Below, in pieces: positions 1-12,711 of a stretch of 64,000 bases of DNA. Within the stretch, counting starts at the first letter, position 1; every line of letters starts with the position of its first letter. The DNA lies in contig OZ024741.1 of the NCBI GenBank assembly GCA_964016885.1, positions 374,604,001 through 374,668,000 on the forward strand, given 5' to 3'. Below the pieces are notes generated by a model. That model was not told the origin of the DNA, ran no database searches, and worked only from the letters and a program-made list of their open reading frames with translations. The position numbers were made by a program, and so were the translations under genes. This DNA comes from Eledone cirrhosa. Taxonomy: Eukaryota.

Positions 1-1389
1 TAATGACAGTTTAAAACTAAAATAAAATTATTGCTTTGTATCATAGTGATGGTTAAGTGTTGATACCCTGAATGGCTGACACTTTGTCCTTGAGCAAGAC
101 AGTTCATTTCACCTTGCTCCAGTTCACTCAGCTGAAAAAAAAATTAATACCAGCAGCGGTAGTTGGGGTTTAACCCTGCATTAAACTGGCACCGTGTTGA
201 GTAGGAGAGTTTTATACTTCATGACTAAAATTGGGATAAGCACTGATCTGATGAGTTTCTGTGCATGAGACAAACTGTTAATGTTTATGATAGTAAAACT
301 TGTATTAGATTAAATGTCTTGGGTAGTATAATTTCGCTGCTTTATATTTCTGGAGTTTGAGAAAAAATTTTCTAAATGTTTTGGAAATTAAAAAAAACAT
401 TTGTTTTTTTCATTAAAACTGTCTTTTATTTGAAATTAATATATTAAAGATTTCTTCCTTATTTGTTATATGCATTTCCTGGTAATTCATTATGTGGCTA
501 ACAATAGTATTGTGTTTCATGAGAAAAGTGGTTTAAGTCATGAAAAACAATATACAAAACAAGGCTGTTCTTGTCTCATCTTTTTGATTACATTACACTT
601 TGTGTATAAGACCAGATATCTTTTGCTGTTCTGAGTTTTGGATCTAAGGATCACTTGGTAAGTCATTTCACTCATTCAATCATTATTTTACATATTTGTG
701 TATCATTTTTACATTCATGGTGATCCTTCTTTCATACAAGATGGTAGTACACATGGAAGCAGTGGCAAAATATTTTAAATTACTTTTTTCATTGGCATTG
801 ATCTTTTCAAGATTTATATATATATCATTTAAAAAAAAAAGGTCTAAATTCATACTTTGTGAAATATATACATGTCTTAAGGTATTTTAAAGTACCCTTT
901 AACAAAAATAAATTGCTCCTATTTCAAAGATATGTATATATTGGATAATTGTACTGGTTTATGAAGTGGAATTTGCTATCAGAATCGTTTATAACTCAGC
1001 TTTTGCTGTCCTACATTGTTGTGGTTACACATCTGGTTGCTATAGGAATATTCTTGGTAGATTATCAGTGAACTAATATTTAATTTTATAAAGCATTCAA
1101 TTCTCATTTGAATAACGTACTTTTATGTTCAGTTAACTATGTTCTGCAATAGTGAAGTATTGTGAAGAGGTAAAATACATTTGCTGAGGTATTTCAATGT
1201 TAGCATTAAAAATAGTGGTTCTGATATAAAATCATTGCTGGTGGATTTTTATATGTAGTTGCTTTATTTGAAAAATTAAGAGTAATATTCAAGGATAAAA
1301 TACTTCTTACAAAAAATTGGAAGTCAATTTTTTTATGCTATTTTCATTTGAAATATTACCAAAACCGTAAAATTATTCACATAGAATAG

Positions 1390-1432
<43 letters not shown>

Positions 1433-1463
1433 GTTAAAAGCTGTACAGAAAAGATAAGGATGT

Positions 1464-1498
<35 letters not shown>

Positions 1499-2384
1499 TA
1501 ATTTCATTTAAACAAATGATGATTGCATTTAGAATAATCGATCCCTGTTAGAGAATACAATATAGAGTATTGTGTATTTGTGTTATAGATATAGAAGTGT
1601 GCAGTATGAACAGATGTAACATTGGAGTGATTAGTATAGAAACTTCCAACCCAGATAGTTAAACATTTCCTCATGATTATATAAAGAGTTAAGTGGTCCA
1701 TATGTCACCATCTATCAAATGGTTTAACTTTATTCAGAGTGGCAGCTAAGTTGAGTTTACCATCATTTTCAATTATATAATTTAGTTTATTTGTAAAAAC
1801 TTGTTAGATATGTCAATTGTATAGTTATATTAAATCATTTCACAGGAGTATTTAACCCTTTCATTACAGTATTTCTATAGAAAGACTGTTGTTTATTTTA
1901 TTTTTAAATAATTCTGAAAATAATAATTTGGAGGAATTTAGTAATATAACTAGTTTTCTCATTATTTATCTGGTGTAAGGTTCTTACATAAAATTATGAT
2001 AGGAAGTTTTTAGATAATTAGCACTTTAAAAAGTTTTGTATTGTGGAACCAATGATGTTTTCATGTGGGTTCATATCAAAGGGGTTAAATGTAGGTCTTT
2101 AGAAATAAAGCATATAGTTTTAAGATTTCATAATTTGCAAGTTAGTATAATTTGTATTTATCTTGGTTGAAAAATAGTTGAGAGGCAGGTGGGATTGTGT
2201 TCAGTTTGAAGAACTGAACATATGAAAGAGGTGAGTTGATAGGGATTTATTTGTTAATGAAATAGTTATGGAGTAAAAATTCCGGACTAACTATTGAGTT
2301 TTTAAAATTATGAATGTGTATTGTGTATGTTTTTAAAATTTCGAAAGTATCAAAGTGATTTAATTGTTACACCTGCTTCATGGG

Positions 2385-2587
2385 TTAACCCTTTAGCATT
2401 TACATTAGTCTCTATTTACTATTGTATTTTCACGGTAAACACTTTCTCATATAATATTGAATCTGAGATTTTGATATTTATTTTGAGAACAATACCTTAA
2501 CATAAGTATGAGTAGCCGGTTATGGCCAATTTGAAAAGAAAGGTGAGTTTTGGCTGCATATGGCCGGTTTAAATGCTAAAGGGTTAA
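2385..2587. mobile_element. piggyBac-type MITE (about 200-225 bp), representative copy
   Basis: TTAA|CCCTTTAGCATTTA ... TAAATGCTAAAGGG|TTAA. Other copies at 4157-4367, 19651-19877, 20043-20375, about 32130-32450 (partial pair), 37624-37839, 42148-42374, 42407-42622, 44498-44725 and 51530-51748. Confidence 0.88.
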
Positions 2588-2631
2588 TAATCTTATTCCT
2601 GACCTTTACCTTCACTTTGTAAGTAGTAATG

Positions 2632-2676
<45 letters not shown>

Positions 2677-3217
2677 CCTTCTGTTCAACAGAAATGACAT
2701 TACAAAAATATGGAAAATAAACTTTTGGAAATAATTCAGCTTTGACTGTCATTGTGCAAAAAAACAAAATACAAAACAAAAACAAAACAAAACCTTTTCT
2801 GTGGTCCTTTACCTTCCTTCACAATATAATTTACCTATTTGCTATATTAGGTGTGTATGGGTGTGTGACTTAGTGGTGAAGGTGTTGGGGTCACAATTGT
2901 AAAGTTGTGAATTTGATTCCTGGATAAGGGCAAGACACTTTACTTCACATTGCTCTAGTTCACTCAAAAGGGGGTGGGGGAATGAGTTACACCTGTAATT
3001 AAAAGGAACACCCTTGTCAGTGTCATGCTGAATCTCCGAGAATTTTGGTAAATTATTTCCAAAAGTTTATTTACCATATTTTTGTAATGTCATTATTTCT
3101 GTTGAACAGAAGGAAAAAAAAATCTTCATTACTACTTACAAAGTGAAGGTAAAGGTCAGGAATAAGATTATTAACCCTTTAGCATTTAAACCGGCCATAT
3201 GCAGCCAAAACTCTCAC

Positions 3218-3945
3218 AGCACTAATATCAAGAAGTCTTCCTGTGAACGTGACCTGGGCATTACGGTCAGCAGCGATTTGCGTTGGACGAGGCACATCTC
3301 TAAAATTGTCAAGAAGGCCGAGGGTGTCTTAGCATCACTCAGCAAGACCTTTGTCAACCGCTCTCCAGATATCTATTTAAGGCTGTATACAGCTATGGTG
3401 CGACCACACTTAGGGGTTCCAGACTGGTGATGCAAATTCTATCTTGCTCAGGACATTGACCGCCTGGAAACTGTTCAGAGACGTGCAACCAAGCGAATAC
3501 CCTCCATCAGGCATCTACCATACTCTGAGCGCCTTGCTTCCCTGGGCATGGATTCATTGAAGCTCCGACGCCTGGCAACTGACTTGGTAAACACCCACAA
3601 AATTGTTAACCATGTTGCCAACAACAACCCTGAGTACCTTTTTGATTTCCATGAGTCTAACACACGTGGACATGCCCACAAAGTAAGAAAACAGCACAGT
3701 TCCCATGACTTTCGGAAACATTTTTTCACGCTCAGAATTGCTGAAGCATGGAACAAACTACCTGCATCAGTTGTTAGCTGTCGAGACACTGCATCCTTTA
3801 AAGCCTCCATGCTTCCTGAGATCCGCCAACACTACAGCTAACACATACACACATGTACTTCCCTGACATTTGTGTATTATTCTATGTACTATATTGACGA
3901 GTTGTGGTGCACCTGATCACTTTACACAATAATTTCATTATTATT
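3218..3945 (+). mobile_element. 5'-truncated CR1-clade LINE 3' end
   Basis: ORFs 3143-3430 and 3548-3841 (ERDLGITVSSDL...LYTAMVRPHL; NTRGH...RKHFFTLRIAEAWNKLP); (TTA)n tail; closely similar to the copy at 40240-41455. Confidence 0.9.
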
Positions 3946-5016
3946 ATGTGTATGGAATGCTCAGCTACTTGCACAAGAAGGCTGTTCCATTGTTTGGACA
4001 ACTTGAACATGATTGCCGAAACTAGAAAGTCCAATACACGCACAGAAATATGAGGGCAAGTCAAATATATAGCTGGCTGATGATATTTGTAGTTTGAGTA
4101 ACATTTTACTTTTCTATAGTATTAGGTGGAGGAAAATTGGCAGTATTTGTTCCAGCTTAACCCATTAGCATTTACATTACTCTATATACTATTGTATTTT
4201 CACAGTAAAAGCTTTACCTCACATAATGTCGAATCTATGGGATTTTGATATTTATTTTGAGAACAATACCTTTACATCAGTATGAGTGGCTGGCTTCAGT
4301 TGGTTTGAATAGAAAGAGGTGAAAGAATTCTGGTCGAATACGGCTGGTTTAAATGCTAAAGGGTAAAGGCACTCAGTTCAAATGCCACCAAGGTCAACTA
4401 ACTTCCTTTTTCCTTCTTTCTCTGGAAGAAATTGGCTGTGCTCAGACCTGGAGAAGGATGGGCTGTTTCAGGATGGCATACCTATGACTCCATCAGGGAT
4501 CAAAGAGGGCTTTTAACCGTATTAGATATTCATTTAATTAGGGCAATTTCTATTTCAGGTCTCATGACTTGTTCTGTGGAGTTTTGAGGATCTTACAATG
4601 TTTTCAGAATTTAGACCTCGAAAGGATAAAAGTTGAATTAACATGGAGGCATCAGATTAAAAACACCTGTATTTGTTCAGGTTCACTGCACACGGTTCAA
4701 TTCTTGAGGTCAATTTTGCTTTTTATCCTTTTGAGGTCAATTAAAAAAGTCCAGTACTTGTGCCAATTTTTTCTCTCTCTGAAAGAAATTGGCTATGTTC
4801 TGACAAAGAGAGATTAGTTCTACCAGGCTTAAAATATCAGATGGCGCTTCTACTTCGTGCTATCTCCAAAGAATACAGCTTTTAGATAGACTAATTTTTG
4901 TTGTTGCCATTGTTGGTTCCATCTCAAGTGGGAGCTTAGCTCAATAGTCATGTCATCTCGTCAATAGACTTTTGCAGTGTTGTTTCATTTTTTTAAAATG
5001 AACAATTTGATTTACA

Positions 5017-5059
<43 letters not shown>

Positions 5060-6904
5060 TTCACTCCTAGATTCTCATTGCTTCCAGCAACTTTTGTGTG
5101 TAATTGATCTAAGGCTGTGTATGTGTAGACCTCTTTCAACCTAGCAGTTATGGCAGGAATGAAACCAGATGTGGTTCTGTGAAAAAATTGAACTAAAAAT
5201 AAATGCAATTTTATAAAATTCTTATTTTTTAAAAATCAAAATCATATATTCAAGAACTTGATTGATATATACAAATTTGATATTGCTCTTTATATGTGAA
5301 GAAAAAAATCTTTTTATAAAAAATTTAATTAGACTAAGAATGTAAATATTAAGTAAAATGAAATACTTCTACCCTGAAGTTAATCTCCTGTTCCTATTAT
5401 CACTATTTTGCTACTTATGCTGATATGTGTATTATATTTTGTTACCATGTAAACATATTGATCTTATGTTGTACTCAGTTCTTAATACTGTTTTAATGTA
5501 TTGTAAGGTGATTCATATTTTAAATGTTAACACAATCTTTATTTATTAACCATTTTGATGCTGTATTTTTGATTAAATACTTTGTATTTTAATTAATTAA
5601 TGAAGAAATTGGGAAGCATTTACTAAAATCATAAGTTCAAGATGGTATTTGTAACATCTTGCTTATATGCACTCCACTGTCAATCTTTATCTAGTTGTAA
5701 ATATTGGTGTTGATGTGCATTTAGTGTTTTAGATGCACAAGGCAATGGATGGTTATCTACATTTTAACATTGTAACATAACCTCTTCAACGTCAATTTTA
5801 ATAGTAATGCTTAACACTTTTGTGACTCCATTTCTTATGGAATATTTTGTATTTTAATTGATGAAAAAATTGGATTTATTAGCATAGCATAGTTTGATTG
5901 ACAAGATCCCAGACCTCATTCACTTACCGAGTGGTATGGAACTTGTCGAATCAAACCAAGGAAACATGATCTATCTACTGGTCACAACTGGCAGATATGG
6001 ATTTACTAAAAATATAATTGTTTCTACTATTAGCACAAGGCCAGAAATTACCCAGTGCATTACTGGTACTTTATTTTATCGACCCCGTAAGGATGAAAGG
6101 CAAAGTTAACCTCGGCTGGATTTGAACTCAGATCGTAAAGGGACGTAACTATGCTGGAAAGCATGACGTCCGACCCTCTACCGATACTGCCAATCCACCT
6201 GCCATTTACTAAATTTACTAAAAATATAATTTCACCAAGATAGTATTTGTAATATAACAATGTTTTCAGAAAAAAAACTTTCCAACATAATTTTATGTAA
6301 GTAGGAAACATTTTAAAATGAGTGGTTTTAAGCAGGTGGTTATCAATAGGGTTAAGTATAGATCCAAAACAAATTGATGATTGCATTTTATCCTTTTGTG
6401 AAGGTGTGACCTAGTGGTAAGGGTGTCAGGTTTACGATCATAATGGTGTGGGGTTTGATTTAATGTTGCTCCAGTATACTCAGCTAAAGAGTACCAACAA
6501 TTGCTGGGCATTTAACCTTGTGATTAACTGGCTTCTTGTTGAGTGGGGATTCTTGTACTGTTGCTTAACACCACTGAAACTGGGATAAGCACTAGCCTGA
6601 TGAGCTTCTGGGCTTGAGACAGACTTTAAATTTTATCCTTTGTTGATTTGAAAATATTTCACTAGATTCAACCAAAATATACTTTGCATAGTTAAAAAAA
6701 AAATATCATCACTATCTATGAAACACTTTATTTGTACCATTTCCACTGTTATTTGTATATTGTCTTAAAATTGAAGGTAATTAGTTAAAATTTTAATAGA
6801 CAAGAACAAACTTAATTCTTCTACATATAGAATGGTGTAAACATTTAGTTAATTTGGGAAGCATTGGGACATTTGAAATTATAGTTGCCACAATGCAGAT
6901 AACT

Positions 6905-7082
6905 ATAATTGTTTCTACTTTAGGCACAAGGCCAGCAATTACCCAGTGCATTACTGGTACTTTATTTTATCGACCTCGTAAGGATGAAAGGCTAAGTCAA
7001 CCTCGGGATTTGAACTTCAGATCGTAAAGGGACGTAACTATGCTGGAAAGCATGGCGTCCGACTCTCTACTGATACTGCCAA
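6905..7082 (-). mobile_element. tRNA-SINE copy with 15-bp TSD
   Basis: Reverse complement of the 7285 copy; TSD GCAGATAACTATAAT at 6895-6909 and 7083-7097. Confidence 0.85.
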
Positions 7083-7284
7083 GCAGATAACTATAATAAT
7101 AGTCAAACAGGTTAGGTAAAGTATCTCTGGAGAGGGAAAGAAGTGAAGTGGCATACTTGGCTTATGAGTGACAGGTGGTTTGATTCCCACAGCCACCTCT
7201 GTACTCCTTTTCCTTTCCAGGTGTACTTTACCTAACTTATTCAACTGTAATAGATATCAACTATTATTTAGAGTTACCTGTTAA

Positions 7285-7473
7285 GGGCGGTGGATTGGCA
7301 GTATCAGTGGAGGGTCGGACGCCATGCTTTCCGGCATAGTTACGTCCCTTTACGATCTGAGTTCAAATCCTGCCGAGGTTGACTTTGCCTTTCATCCTTA
7401 CGGGGTCGATAAAATAAAGTACCAGTAATGCACTGGGTAATTGCTGGCCTTGTGCCTAAAGTAGAGACAATTA
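7285..7473 (+). mobile_element. Young tRNA-derived SINE (about 190 bp) with 18-bp TSD
   Basis: GGCGGTGGATTGGCAGTATC head, B-box GAGTTCAAATCC, core GCCTTTCATCCTTACGGGGTCGATAAAATAAAGTACCAG; TSD ATTATTTAGAGTTACCTG at 7263-7280 and 7470-7487. Other copies at about 6017-6205(-), 18090-18305(-), 43640-43830(+), 48019-48143(+), 50280-50465(+), 52503-53135(+, three copies) and 46300-46905 (cluster). Confidence 0.88.
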
Positions 7474-8354
7474 TTTAGAGTTACCTGCATTTAGGCAATT
7501 ATATTTTTCAAATATAAAACATTATTTCGAAATTTGTTGAGGATTAGTAAAGATATTTTTAGATCTGGTAATGGTATGCTAAGAAAGTATTTCAAAATTA
7601 CTTTCTTAAAACGTTTGTATTTTTGATGGTTAAAAAATTTGGGTTTTGAAATAAGGCAAACATCATTCACTAAAGCAATGTTGCTAATATTTTTATGCTT
7701 TAACTGGGCAATATGGTTGTGATTAAACATCACTGTTAGTCTTACTGCTCTTAGATTATAATATATCTTGCATACTTTCATTGTAAAACCTTAACACAGC
7801 AACCCCCTTTATAAATTGGTGACTCATCTATGGGAGAGTGTCCTCTACCCATTAAGTGCAATATTTGAGAAGTTTAACAAAGCTGTAGGTATAAAACAAA
7901 TTGCATTGTTTGGTTGCTATAGCTCTCTATAACTAAATGCTGTTTGCATTGGCTAAAGAGAAAATAAATCTAGATAGTATTTTCAATATGATTTTCATGA
8001 GAAAGTTTTTATTAAATATCAGCATTTATTTAGTAAAAAGTTGTGTGTGTGTGTGTGTGTGGGGGGGGGGGGGGGTGTATATATGTACACCACGCACACA
8101 CACACACACATGTTTAAATGCTACATGAAGAGATATAATCGTATTAGTTTCTCAATTGATATATGTCCCTTTATATATTGTTGAAGCTTGTATAATTGAT
8201 GCTTTGAACTAATGTTCATGGAGCTTTTTTGAGAAACATAATTGATATATACATTTTATGCGTTTTAATTAAACATAAATTTAGTATGCATGTGCATATG
8301 TCAACATCATGGTTTAACGTCCATCTTCCATGGGTTAGACATATATGTATATAT

Positions 8355-9900
8355 ATGGACAGGCTAAATCTAGATGAGATGCAGTTTGGATTTGCGCCAG
8401 GCAAAAACACCACTGATGCCCTCTCCCTGTAACTGTCTCACAAGGAAAAGTACCTAGCTGAAAGTAAGCTTCTCTACCTAGCATTTGTTGATCTGAAGAA
8501 AGCTTTTGACAGTGCCCTGTGACATAATTAGGTGGACTCTCAGAAAACTGAGTGGCTTGTGAAGGCTGTAACAAGCCATGTATAGAGGAGCAGTCAAGAT
8601 TAACAATGACTATAGCGAGGAATTTAGCATACAATTTGCTGTCCACCAGGGCTCTGTCCTTAGCCTGCTTATTAACATTTTGCAGGCTATAACGGAGTTT
8701 AAGACCGTCTACCAATGAGAACTTTTGTATGCGGATGACCTTACACTCAGCTGAATCCATGGTGGAACTAAAGAAATTCCAAACATGGAAACAGGGCTGA
8801 GAAAGAAGGGGTCTTAAAGTCAACCCGACAAAGACTAAGGCCCTAGTAAGTAGAAGAGATCCAGATCTCCTCGGGGAAATGGCCATATTCAGTATGTAGG
8901 AAAGGCGTTGGTAGAAACTCCATCCTCTGCCCATATGCAAACTGTGATCTCAGGAAGTTTAGCTAAGAATGTAGCAGTTGCACTGGAACAGTAAGCAAGC
9001 ACTACCAAATTCTCGGAGGGCTCTGTAGAAACAGTAGGCAGCTTCTGTTACTTAGGTGACAGATTAGCAGCAGTGGTGGGTGTTCTGAAAGTACAGTAGC
9101 CCGAATAACTGGATGGAGGGAGTTACTGCTACTGCTGGCTACAAAAGGCTTTTCCCTCGGAAGGCAGACTATGATGTGTGCATATGAACAGCTATGTTGC
9201 ATGGTAGTGAGACGTGGGTGCTATGTGTAGATTGGAAACAAATGAAGCCTGCATGCTCCAATGGATGTGTAATAGTAATGTATGAGAATGGTGAAGCATA
9301 AATGAACTGAGAGAAACTAGGCATAAGAGGAATCAAATACTATGTGCAGGAGAGGAGATTGCGCTGGTATGGACATATGTTGCGTATGAAGGATGACAGC
9401 TGGATAAAAAAAAAAGTGCAGAGTGCTCAGTTGTTGGAGTGGGGAGACCCAGTAAGACATGGGATGAGGTGATAAAAGCCGACCTTGCTCAATTGCACCA
9501 CTCAAAGAAGATGACCGATGACCAGGATCTCTGGCGACACATAGTAATACAGATGACCCAACTTCCCATGAACACAAGCTGAAGCATATATACAGTATGC
9601 CCCTTCCTGACCCCCTCCCCCCCGCCCACCCATCCCAGGGGGACAGGCCAAAGTAAATGCATCCTGAAAAGCCCCTATGGCCTTGCTGGTGACATGCCAA
9701 AAAGTGCCCAGCCCACTCTGTAAAGTGACCGTGTAGGTGTCATGATAAAAAGCACCCAGTTCTCACTGTAAATTGAGGTTGGCATTGGGAAGATATCCAG
9801 CTACAGAAACTAAGCCAGAACCAGACTGGCATGAACAAGACATGGTCACCTGACCTAGGATTGCCCACGACAGGGCAATCCTGCCTAACCCATGCTAGCG
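8355..9900 (+). mobile_element. Decayed RTE-clade LINE (RT C-half plus 3' region)
   Basis: LDEMQFGFAPGKNTTDA, FVDLKKAFD, LLYADDL and RRLRWYGH remnants with frameshifts and stops. Confidence 0.85.
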
Positions 9901-9987
9901 TGGAAAATGGACGTAAAGACGGAGATGATGATAATGATGTGTGTATATATATATATATATATGTGTGTATATATACATACATATATG

Positions 9988-10025
<38 letters not shown>

Positions 10026-10269
10026 GGATGTTATACATATATACACACATGGTGTATATGTATAGTTGAAGGAAGACGTGGTAGAGGTAGACCACAAAAC
10101 ATGGGTGGAGGTGGTGAGAACAGACCTCAGATCGCTGAAGCTCACGGTGATGACGACGAAGGACCATGACAAGTGGAGAGATGCTGTGCTAAATAAGATC
10201 CGTCCCACCCTTGCAAGCAGGGAAAAGCGAACGTAAAATGATGTATGTATATATGTGTAAATGTATATT

Positions 10270-10322
<53 letters not shown>

Positions 10323-10557
10323 ATGTTATTTATATATATATATGCACACAAGTAAATGGTTCGGTAGATTCATGGTTTCCTGAGGAAGGTACAAAAATCA
10401 GCACTCTATACTATGGCAGTGAATATATTAAGAACAAAACAAGGTTTCACGTTAAGGTCTTTATTGATTATGACTGTTTCACCGATGATGGGTCAGTTAA
10501 TATCATAGACTCCAGCCCAATCTACTCATCAGACTTGTTAATCAAGCAAAACCAAAA

Positions 10558-10594
<37 letters not shown>

Positions 10595-10595
<1 letters not shown>

Positions 10596-10800
10596 AAAAG
10601 ATAACAAGGACAATTGGTTACTCCTTCATTACATTTATTGGTAGGTGACGCGTTTCACTACTGATCAGCTCAAGGTTCGATCTGTACCGATCTTACCCGA
10701 CTACACTCTGTATAGCTCTACACCTCGACACAGAAGTGAACCTAAACATCAAGTGCTCACCTGGGTGAACCTACAGTAACTCCAAGTTACACTCCCTAGA
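10595..10800 (-). mobile_element. Penelope-like terminal-repeat remnant embedded in (TA)n
   Basis: Minus strand ...CTGATCAGTAGTGAAACGCGTCA...AATAAA..., flanked by (TA)n on both sides; a similar remnant lies at about 10350-10560. Confidence 0.45.
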
Positions 10801-11264
10801 TATATATATATATATATGGTAGTTTAAATGAGTTGATAATACAATTATATAAGGCAAAGAATAATTCAAAGCACAAATTTTCAGTCACAGTATTTTTACA
10901 CTATCACAGAGCATATATAAAACAATTATTTACTGCGTGTCCAAACTTCTCCCTTTTGAAAATGTAAAACCATTTTATGTTTTTGAAATGAAGGTGTTCG
11001 GACATGCAGTTAATAATTGTTTTTTTTGTATTATTTAATGGTTCTGAGGAATTCAGTACAGAGGAATAAAATGGTACTTCCTATTGTATTTGAAAGAAAT
11101 GTTCATAGATCTATTAAATATTGTAATTAAATCCTGTTTATTTTATTCATTATATATATATATATATATATATTTAATAGCATCATTTTGAGAGTAAAAA
11201 TAAATTTGTATTTCTAAAAGATATTATTTATTAATAAAATTGATTTAATTTTTTTAAATTGTAG

Positions 11265-11500
11265 TGGCTGCAGCAGATGACCAATCGTTAGATTTGGATA
11301 AGAGAATTTATCGTGGCATAGCAACTGGCTTAAAACTAAAGCAGTTACAGAAAGGCAAAAATCTGGTAATTGTGAGTGGTGTCCATCATACCAATGAATG
11401 TAATGACACTATAAAGATCATAGCTTGCCCAACAATTTCTGGAGTAATGCCACCCATTGCTGGTTTTAAGTCCCTACCAAAAGATACAGTTGAGTTCTAA
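11265..11500 (+). CDS. Terminal exon of a second pyruvate-kinase-like paralogue (upstream exons not found in window)
   Basis: T-rich tract plus TTGTAG acceptor in phase 1, the same position and phase as the last intron of the minus-strand gene. xAAADDQSLDLDKRIYRGIATGLKLKQLQKGKNLVIVSGVHHTNECNDTIKIIACP... aligns gaplessly to PK DPVQEAWAEDVDLRVNFAMNVGKARGFFKKGDVVIVLTGWRPGSGFTNTMRVVPVP. TAA stop at 11498-11500. Confidence 0.78.
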
Positions 11501-12711
11501 ATGGATAGATGAAAATGTTCGAAACATTTTAATTTATTTCTCTTTATCTCCTGCTTTATTTTCTAATTTATTTAGTAGATGGAATTTTTTTGATAAAGCA
11601 TGTTTAGAAATAAAACAACTTTTAAATATTTTGTTTTATTATTCATTTTTTTTCTCTACATTTGAAAAATCTGCCTTCCTAGTACTACTTAAGGCAAACG
11701 AGTTCTGATTGCATAACTGTGGATGTTGTAATACTAACGTGACTATCATCATCATCATCATCATCACCGTTTTACGTCCGTTCTTCCACGCTAGCATGGG
11801 TTAGACGGGTTGTCCTGTTGTGGGCAGTGTCTGGTTGGCTGACCATGCTTTGCTCATACATAGCTTGATTTCTACAGCTGGATGCCCTTCCTAACACCAA
11901 CCTCATTTACAGTGAGTGCTGGGTGCTTTTTCATGGCGCCTACACGTCCACTTTACAGGGTGGGCTGGGTGCTTTTTTTTGCCGTGGCACCTCCACGACC
12001 ACCTTGCAGTGGAAGGGTGTGGGGGCATATTGTCTATATGCTTCAGCTTGTACCCATGGGAGGTCGGGTACTCTGTATTACTGCGTGACGCCAGAGGTCA
12101 CGGTCGTTGTTCATAGTTTCAATTGCTACATTTATTTTTGATTAAAAGCATTATGTTGTAATATGGATATTAAAATATTCATGATAATAGTATCAGAGAT
12201 GATGTCCCAGGTATGTGATGAAAGAACTCTGAGACTATATATCTATATTTGTATCTATATTTTTAACTGTTGGTCAATCAATGATAAACATTGATTGCCA
12301 GCTAAATTAACTATAAGGATATAAAATATACTGAAGCAAAAACCAACCCAAACCAAACTGAGTGTGTTTTATTATATATTTCTGTCAATATTATATAACA
12401 TGGCCCTCCCCAAATATAAAAATATTCATGGTAGTATCTAAACTAATCATGATAGGAATAATATGAGATGACATTGAAGAAACTGGAGATCTAGTCTCGT
12501 AAAAGGCCAGCTAAAAATGCACAGGTGTGAACTTTAGATTAGATTGTTGCATCACCTAATGTGAGCACACTGATTGTTATTCACTTACTGGTTTCAGTCA
12601 TTAGACTGCGGCCATGCTGGAGCACAACCTCAAAGGAATTTAGTCAATCATATCAACCGCAGTTCTTATTTTATTGATCTCTTTTTCGAAGTGTGTGTGT
12701 ATATATATGCA

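Noticed and set aside
1395-5060. Very long poly-T tracts (about 1395, 1466, 2636, 5020) as retrocopy tails
   Set aside because: No adjacent processed-gene body or TSD was seen; homopolymer lengths may also be inflated by sequencing.
6590-6630. Hammerhead ribozyme in the SINE tail CTGATGAGCTTCTGGGCTTGAGAC (related copies at about 245-275 and 27190-27230)
   Set aside because: It has GAGAC instead of the GAAA core and no stem III or cleavage triplet; better explained as the 3' stem-loop of a SINE.
7285-7380. tRNA gene (A/B-box-like motifs)
   Set aside because: Head of a multi-copy SINE with TSDs; no complete cloverleaf.
1-11264. Upstream exons of the plus-strand PK-like paralogue
   Set aside because: Acceptor-like sites near 4840 and 5070 and ORF 5894-6109 gave no PK-like translation by eye; the exons probably lie left of the window or are too diverged to see.
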